From positions 1 to 48,281 of the forward strand of contig JAFDTY010000001.1 of NCBI GenBank assembly GCA_019594055.1: a stretch of DNA of 48,281 nt, in the 5' to 3' direction. Both the position numbers and the translations under genes were made by a program. Shown piece after piece: positions 42,985-48,281 of this stretch. Every line of letters starts with the position of its first letter. Position 1 is the stretch's first letter. Under the pieces are notes generated by a model. It worked only from the letters and a program-made list of their open reading frames with translations. It searched no databases and was not told the origin of the DNA. Origin of the DNA: Candidatus Haladaptatiplasma halalkaliphilum. Its GTDB lineage: Archaea; Thermoplasmatota; Thermoplasmata; Halarchaeoplasmatales; Halarchaeoplasmataceae.

Positions 42985-43476
42985 TCAACGCTTGTAGCCT
43001 ATCTTCTCCAGAAGGTCCTTCCTCCATTCCTTGTCTTTCCTCGACTCTATACCGACTGTAGGACTTCCGTCTATCACACCCAATATTCCCCGTCCTTCTT
43101 CAGTTTCAGCCACTATGACGGTTACGGGATTAGCGGTTGCACAGTATATGCCGCATACCTCCTGTACATTCTTCACCGCATTCAGCACGTTTATTGGGTA
43201 AACACCTTCCAGTATGATGATGAACATGTGCCCCGCATTTACGGCCCTTGCATTTTCCGCCGCCAATTCCGTCAATCTGTCGTCGGTACCGTCGCATCTT
43301 ACGAGCCTGTCCCCTGAAGCTTCGCAAAAGGCTATCCCGAACTTGATGTTCGGTACCGAAGTGACCAGGGCCTCGTAGATATCTTCCACGGTTTTGATGA
43401 AATGGCTCTGACCCATGATCATGTTCATCTCCTCCTCTTTTTTCACTTTTATCGTGTGTAGCTCCATTCGTATCAT
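42985..43476 (-). CDS. Adenosine-specific kinase family protein (COG1839/PF04008-like)
   Basis: The segments MGQSHFIKTVEDIYEAL...IKFGIAFCEASG...GHMFIIILEGVYPINVLNAVK match my recollection of this small archaeal family. Confidence 0.65.
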   Translation of the reverse strand: MIRMELHTIKVKKEEEMNMIMGQSHFIKTVEDIYEALVTSVPNIKFGIAFCEASGDRLVRCDGTDDRLTELAAENARAVNAGHMFIIILEGVYPINVLNAVKNVQEVCGIYCATANPVTVIVAETEEGRGILGVIDGSPTVGIESRKDKEWRKDLLEKIGYKR

Positions 43477-43482
43477 CTCTGT

Positions 43483-43887
43483 TCACCTCAAGGTGCAAGG
43501 GTTAAAATATTTTTCCAGTATGAACCTTGAAGTAACCAGTATACCCGCACCCAGGGAGTTGAAGAAGATGTCTATGAGCATGAATGTACGGTAGGGAACG
43601 AAGTGCTGGTGTACCTCATCACTTACACCGTAAAGTACCACGATAACGAACGTAAGTGCGTATATGTTGGTTTCCATGCCGTCGGGGTAGCGTCTCAGGG
43701 TCTCGAAAACACAGAATGCCAGACCGAAGTAGAGCACGGTGTGAGCCACATGACTGAAATACGGTACCGTCCTTCTTCCTTCTGCGCTTCCGGGCGGGTC
43801 GGATGATGACGAGAGTGCGAATATCATGGCGGCATAGAGTATGGTGATCACTAAAAATACCACAAACCATTTTTTCTCAGCCCCCAA
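43483..43887 (-). CDS. VanZ-family membrane protein
   Basis: The protein has 4 TM spans and the VanZ signature SDEVHQHFVPYRTFMLIDIFFNSLGAG. The start is TTG. Confidence 0.65.
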   Translation of the reverse strand: MGAEKKWFVVFLVITILYAAMIFALSSSSDPPGSAEGRRTVPYFSHVAHTVLYFGLAFCVFETLRRYPDGMETNIYALTFVIVVLYGVSDEVHQHFVPYRTFMLIDIFFNSLGAGILVTSRFILEKYFNPCTLR

Positions 43888-43894
43888 CAGATCA

Positions 43895-44854
43895 CTACCT
43901 TACGTCCGCCCCGCAGTAGGGACAAGATTCGTTATCGGTTACTATCAAGTGTCTGCAATCGGGGCATTTTATCCTATCTTTTTTTGTGGTGTGATCCTCT
44001 CCGCCTTTTCCATGTCCACAGTCCGGGCAGATGTCCCTACCATCCATAAGAGCACCACATTCGGGACATGAATCATCCAGTGCACTTTCTTTTTCGTCCA
44101 GACCCTTTGTGCTGGAACGTCGACTCTCCTCCAGCCCCCTCTTCCACCATAACAGTGAAACGAAGAGGAAGAATATGATCACGGGTGAGGTCAATCTCAT
44201 GATGAATATGTTAACGAAGGCGGTCCTTTCTGATATGACCAAGGGGCCGAAGCCTTTAGGGGTGGTCTCCCAGGTTGTTTCGTTATCCACTGTTGTTCCC
44301 AGGGTGAAATGATATAGGTATTGTCTTTCTTCCAGGCTTGTTGCGAAAAAGTAAACATCGCCCTCCATTGAGGTCATCTCATGATGACTCATCTGGGACG
44401 CTCCGTCATCACCCGTGTAGGTAAGATTGAGATAGACGGTATGGTTTACAGTAGTTTCCAAACCGACCTCCACGGTGAAGTTGAATATGGTACTGGTGTC
44501 GCCGTAGATCCCGTCCACGCTACCGTTCAAGAGGGTATCGGATTCAAGGATGGCGGGTTCCTGTGAGTAAAGGATATGCACGTGGAATACGGTGCCCACC
44601 AGGGCCATGATGAGTATGGAAAGGGCCCCTGCCGCCACCACCTTCTTGAAATTTGGCTCTTTATAGAATTTAAGGGGTATAAGTATGGCGAGGACCGCAA
44701 GGATCATACTCAGTAGACAGAGGTCGAGGCCCACGAGTATCAGGAGTATGGTGAAGGCGAATACCGTAGCCACGTATATGGCTATCGAGTAACGGGAATT
44801 CCGCACTGAATCTATCCTTTCCGAGAGTTTTTTCGTGTTCATGTCCTGTGACAT
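43895..44854 (-). CDS. Membrane protein with an extracytoplasmic domain and C-terminal double zinc ribbon
   Basis: The TM spans are IAIYVATVFAFTILLILVGL, LSMILAVLAILIPL, AAGALSILIMALVG and a late span VIIFFLFVSLLWW. The C-terminus has CPECG...CPDCGH...CPDCRH...CPYCG. The start is ambiguous (44854, 44842 or 44947). Confidence 0.55.
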   Translation of the reverse strand: MSQDMNTKKLSERIDSVRNSRYSIAIYVATVFAFTILLILVGLDLCLLSMILAVLAILIPLKFYKEPNFKKVVAAGALSILIMALVGTVFHVHILYSQEPAILESDTLLNGSVDGIYGDTSTIFNFTVEVGLETTVNHTVYLNLTYTGDDGASQMSHHEMTSMEGDVYFFATSLEERQYLYHFTLGTTVDNETTWETTPKGFGPLVISERTAFVNIFIMRLTSPVIIFFLFVSLLWWKRGLEESRRSSTKGLDEKESALDDSCPECGALMDGRDICPDCGHGKGGEDHTTKKDRIKCPDCRHLIVTDNESCPYCGADVR

Positions 44855-45234
44855 CCCCGGATATACAGGTGGCGAAAACATATGACACCATTTATGTTTT
44901 GCCCTTTGAGATGTATACTGAAATAACACAGGGTCTGCCATATACATTAATATCGGCGTGTCGGACTATTCTATGGTGCCGAATCATACAGCGGTGTACA
45001 TCTATGTATGTCACTTATCGTGTTTATTTGATCAAAAGGATAGACCCCTTTTGAAAGGTTTATCGCGGACAGTGAGCAATGTTCCTTATAACACACGAAT
45101 TTCCAAGATAGTGTACATACTTTCTCCGCAGGTGCATCGGAAATGATTCATGACTCTTAGTGAGAACCCAACATGTCCGTACGATCGGCGTATGGTCGGG
45201 GAGAACCCCCTCTTAGGCACTCATTAATTATGGC

Positions 45235-47292
45235 TCAATCATCACCTGTTAATAAATATCCCAGTTTTATATCCCTAAGGACCCAGTTATTCATGGTTAC
45301 GAACAATTTACCAATGTTCAATTTCAGGTCTTCCACTTCATCTTCCGAACGCAGAGATACTCGACATATTTCCTCGGTAGATGTACAGTGTATTCTGTGC
45401 AGATCCCAGTTAAGTATACGTTCAAAAGCTTCTTTGTCTGTCTCCGTGCTCATTGCCAGCTGAGCCCTAACCTTAAACCTTATAAGAACGGGAAGGGGCA
45501 TATCAATCTTGCCGGACAGATAAAATGGATCTATCTTCGCCAGGTCGGATATCGTAAATATGTTCGCGGATGTCAGTTTACGGCCGTATATGGAACCAAC
45601 ACCCTCTATGTGCTGAACCCACATATCCCCTACTTTTCTGCCCTTTCCACCATATCTTTGTAGCCATCTGATGGTGTTATTTGCGAAGATGAGGCCGTCG
45701 GGTTTAATCCATTCATTCTTCAACACATCGCTATCCGCTACAACAACGACTTTACCGCTTCCGTAACTTGTGGCGGCGGCGAAGATATGATTACCGGTGG
45801 TTCTTGCTATTTCCATGGAGCCCCTGTCGAGTGTGAGTTCACCAAAGGCCGTTCCCGCACCATGAAGTTTGTTCACACACTCGGTTATACGATGTCTCCT
45901 GAAAAGGGTTACTTCCCTGGGGCTGATCGAGCCCGAAACAGAGATTCCGAAAGAGCGCAAAAGTCTGTTTACAGACTCCCTGTGGAAGGCATGTTCATGT
46001 TCACACAGAATAAAGAGGCCGTGCCCGCTTTTTACCCACTCCCGTATATCCTGTATCTCATCATCGCCCAGAGCTGTATCCGGGTCGGGTATGATTAGGA
46101 TATCGTATCCGTCGAGTTCTTCCATCGTTATCGGATTATCATGTTCATTGATTGTATGGCCCCTTGACCTCAGACTGCTGCCGAAATAGTCATAGTTATG
46201 TCCGGGCTCTACGGAATCACCATCGGAGTCGTGATATTTATCCCAGTATATCCTTGCAGGGCGAGTAGCAACTTCGAACAACTCTAACTCCGGGTCACCC
46301 ATCAACAGGTACATCCTCACATTGTCCCTTGCGTGTCCACTATCGTGATGTCTTAGTAACTGCACCTTGGCGTAATTCATGATAGCCCCGGGTTTGTCCC
46401 TGCCTTTCATTATCCCCTCGAATATGTATCTGTTGAAATGATGGTTCCAGTGAGTGTATGACGGCCTTGATGCACCCAAAAATCCGATGGATTTCATATG
46501 GTTGGTCCATGTCTCTCCGAAGCAGATATTTCCCCAATCGATATGTGAGTTCCAGCAGGCTATACTCGTTACCAAGGGTGACATGTTTTCGGTGTTCAAA
46601 CCTCTAACCTGGGTGCGACCGAATCCGTTTGAGCCCGCCCACGCGTTGGAAGAACCGTGACCCCTGAAATTGGTTATTATGGTGCCATCGTTCAGTGTGT
46701 CTATAACGTCTTCTCTGGTGCTGGAGTTTCCGTACCTTTTCACGGTCTCGTACCTGTTGTGTATCGCATCATAAATGTCGTTGGAACAATCAATGTATCC
46801 TTGAGCGTCATAAGCGACCAAACATACATTGTGTATCCAATCACCTCTTTTGAACTTGTAATTTACGGATTTCAGGCATAACTCATCTAGTTCATCCGGA
46901 TCTGAGGTCGGTAATCTAGAGACCGTTATATTAGGCGCTAGAGAACCGAACAGGTTGGCGTAATAATGGTCAGATGCCATATTATCCATATGCCCGGTTT
47001 CGTATGGTTCTATATGTGTCGGAATCGAATCGAGATCTCCGGCGAGTACGACCCAACGAGGTGATATCCCCCAGTAGGGTGTTGCATCAATGAGGAATTT
47101 TCGTATGGCCACGTCCTCTCCGTCTCCTTCATCCTGGAATTCATCCAGTATCTGTTCCTTTGTAACTACCTTCACCGGATAACGGTCCCTCTTCTCATCC
47201 GCCAGCAGTTCAACGGCATGCTCCAGAGCTTCGGTGGTGATTATTAGATATTGGCCTCGATTACGTCTGTCTTTTAGGGGCAAGTCACTCAT
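45235..47292 (-). CDS. Peptidase C25 (gingipain-family) catalytic domain fused to a GATase1-like/DUF4350-type domain and a helix-hairpin-helix (DUF4332-like) domain; no signal peptide
   Basis: The C25 blocks are GQYLIITTE, VVLAGDLDSIP, SDHYYAN, VSRLP, FRGHGSSNAW (His), LVTSIACWNSHID (Cys) and LLMGDPELELF. These are followed by LDGYDILIIPDPDTALGDDEIQDIREWVKSGHGLFILCEHEH and then IEGVGSIYGRKLTSANIFTISDLA. ATG 47292 overlaps the upstream stop by 8 nt. Confidence 0.8.
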   Translation of the reverse strand: MSDLPLKDRRNRGQYLIITTEALEHAVELLADEKRDRYPVKVVTKEQILDEFQDEGDGEDVAIRKFLIDATPYWGISPRWVVLAGDLDSIPTHIEPYETGHMDNMASDHYYANLFGSLAPNITVSRLPTSDPDELDELCLKSVNYKFKRGDWIHNVCLVAYDAQGYIDCSNDIYDAIHNRYETVKRYGNSSTREDVIDTLNDGTIITNFRGHGSSNAWAGSNGFGRTQVRGLNTENMSPLVTSIACWNSHIDWGNICFGETWTNHMKSIGFLGASRPSYTHWNHHFNRYIFEGIMKGRDKPGAIMNYAKVQLLRHHDSGHARDNVRMYLLMGDPELELFEVATRPARIYWDKYHDSDGDSVEPGHNYDYFGSSLRSRGHTINEHDNPITMEELDGYDILIIPDPDTALGDDEIQDIREWVKSGHGLFILCEHEHAFHRESVNRLLRSFGISVSGSISPREVTLFRRHRITECVNKLHGAGTAFGELTLDRGSMEIARTTGNHIFAAATSYGSGKVVVVADSDVLKNEWIKPDGLIFANNTIRWLQRYGGKGRKVGDMWVQHIEGVGSIYGRKLTSANIFTISDLAKIDPFYLSGKIDMPLPVLIRFKVRAQLAMSTETDKEAFERILNWDLHRIHCTSTEEICRVSLRSEDEVEDLKLNIGKLFVTMNNWVLRDIKLGYLLTGDD

Positions 47293-47944
47293 TCGAATCA
47301 CCTTCATCCGTAGGGCCAACGTTTTCCCAGTTCAAAACCAGATCCTTGACTTCTTCGGTTATCCTTTCTCTTTTCCTTAACTTTTCCTTGGTCTCGGTGT
47401 AGCTCACTACCAACTCGATGCTTTCCAGCATTTTCACATTGCGGGACATCGGTTTATACTGGCACAAGAAAACCATCAGATGCACAACTTTTGTTTCATC
47501 GATTATCTCTTCACCCACTATATCCACGTATCTGCCGGGGAAATTTTCATCGCTTTCGTATATTTTAGGATCAGGTAAGTATTGATCTTCTTCACCTTCT
47601 ACAGTAGCGACTGGTGCCGGAAGAAGGTGATATTTGCCCTTTAAGTTCCTCTCCTCTTTACTCCTCACTTCAACTCCCTTAACGTTAGCGTTCATCGGTA
47701 TAGCTACGTATAGGCCCTCCTGGGGGATCATGGGTGCACCGGTCTCTGTCATCTGTCCAGCATCAGGTACGTCGATGGTGTCGTACTCTATGTCGTTATA
47801 GGTGAACTTCCCTTCCCAAAAACCCTTTATCTCATAAGACACGAGTATATTCCTCTTTCTTTTATCCATACTCGCTTTCCCAGGGGTCATTGCGCCCTTT
47901 CTAACACCCTTTTCTAATCCTATCCATTTTTTCTTTTTCGTCAT
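47285..47944 (-). CDS. Stand-alone C25 N-terminal prodomain-like protein (Propeptide_C25-like), no signal peptide
   Basis: The pattern is GAPMIPQEGLYVAIPMNANVKGVEV...LLPAP...DPKIYESDENFPGRYVDIVGEEII...VHLMVFLCQYKPMSRNVKMLESIELVVSY. This pattern is normally found at the N-terminus of C25 polypeptides. An SD-like GAGGTGA lies 6 nt before the ATG. Confidence 0.7.
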   Translation of the reverse strand: MTKKKKWIGLEKGVRKGAMTPGKASMDKRKRNILVSYEIKGFWEGKFTYNDIEYDTIDVPDAGQMTETGAPMIPQEGLYVAIPMNANVKGVEVRSKEERNLKGKYHLLPAPVATVEGEEDQYLPDPKIYESDENFPGRYVDIVGEEIIDETKVVHLMVFLCQYKPMSRNVKMLESIELVVSYTETKEKLRKRERITEEVKDLVLNWENVGPTDEGDSNE

Positions 47945-48049
47945 CAGTTTTCACCTCATATCTTCTTATCACTCGGGGTAATATACCATATACTTCGATG
48001 AAGGTACATCATGTCCCTCAATATAAATTATGTGGTAATTTGTAAGAGT

Positions 48050-48281
48050 TCAGCCGTGTGAAGTTTGAATGATATCTTTTCCGTGCTCTAGCAGGTTTTG
48101 GTTTCGGATTTTCATAGTGTGATACACACTGATCAACCTTTCATATGTTTTTGCGCCTTTTTCGGATCTGTTCCCGCCACTAATCTTTCTTGCTATGACA
48201 CTATGACGTATTGCACGTTCGCATCTGTTGTTTGTTCCTTCGACGTCTGGATTTTTGACAAATTGAAAAAGGCAATCCTTC
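48050..48281 (-). mobile_element. IS66-family-like transposase, C-terminal 76 codons (gene continues beyond the right edge), with a putative terminal repeat starting GTAAGAG at 48042
   Basis: The minus-strand translation is KDCLFQFVKNPDVEGTNNRCERAIRHSVIARKISGGNRSEKGAKTYERLISVYHTMKIRNQNLLEHGKDIIQTSHG*. The ..NN.aER.iR..v..RK.s.G..S..Ga.....l.S...T.k pattern matches the IS66 transposase C-termini I remember. It is absent from the ORF track because it has no in-window start. Confidence 0.6.

Overview
This is a 48.3-kb archaeal chromosomal segment. The evidence for Archaea is a uL1-uL10(P0)-aP1(L12) ribosomal operon, a 7S SRP RNA carrying CAGGCCCGGAAGGGAGCA, an intron-containing tRNA, DtdA, archaeal-type ApgM and a CTP-type riboflavin kinase. 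A Thermoplasmata or sediment-euryarchaeon origin is only a guess.

Housekeeping genes make up most of the window:
- Replication, repair and transport: partial corA, a giant Lhr helicase, an EamA transporter.
- Translation and RNA: the ribosomal operon, dtdA, a Trm9-like methyltransferase.
- Metabolism: an HPS-RraA fusion, glnA, a sat-DHH-cysC sulfate-activation cluster, ribK, purQ, a DUF92 protein, apgM.

These blocks are interrupted by visibly AT-richer accessory blocks that begin at or near tRNA genes or an IS end:
1. A roughly 0.75-kb islet after an intron-bearing tRNA-Thr, closed by a degenerate copy of the tRNA T-arm and acceptor end.
2. At 16.0-18.6 kb, a secreted clan-CD-like protein plus a triple-PepSY protein, behind an (AAT)8 promoter microsatellite.
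3. At 29.5-35.2 kb, between tRNA-Pro and tRNA-Gly, an ABC-2 operon bracketed by unknown surface proteins, a divergent paralog flanked by direct repeats, and a duplicated tRNA-Gly trailer.
4. At 45.2-48.3 kb, a gingipain (C25) module split into a stand-alone prodomain gene and a peptidase-GATase1-like-HhH fusion with no signal peptide, next to an IS66-type element end.

The ORF track misses five items: partial corA at the left edge, a partial transposase at the right edge, the SRP RNA (hidden under a spurious 127-aa ORF), three tRNAs, and a possible 50-aa Cys-rich ORF.

The best candidates for something undescribed are:
- the predicted-cytoplasmic split C25 protease module;
- the secreted clan-CD-like/PepSY pair;
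- the output-less REC-PAS-GAF-PAS-PAS protein coupled to an AAA_16-TPR ATPase;
- the Lhr with two tandem YcaQ/AlkZ-like C-terminal modules;
- the tRNA-bounded ABC/surface-protein island.

All family assignments come from motif recognition by eye. No searches were run.
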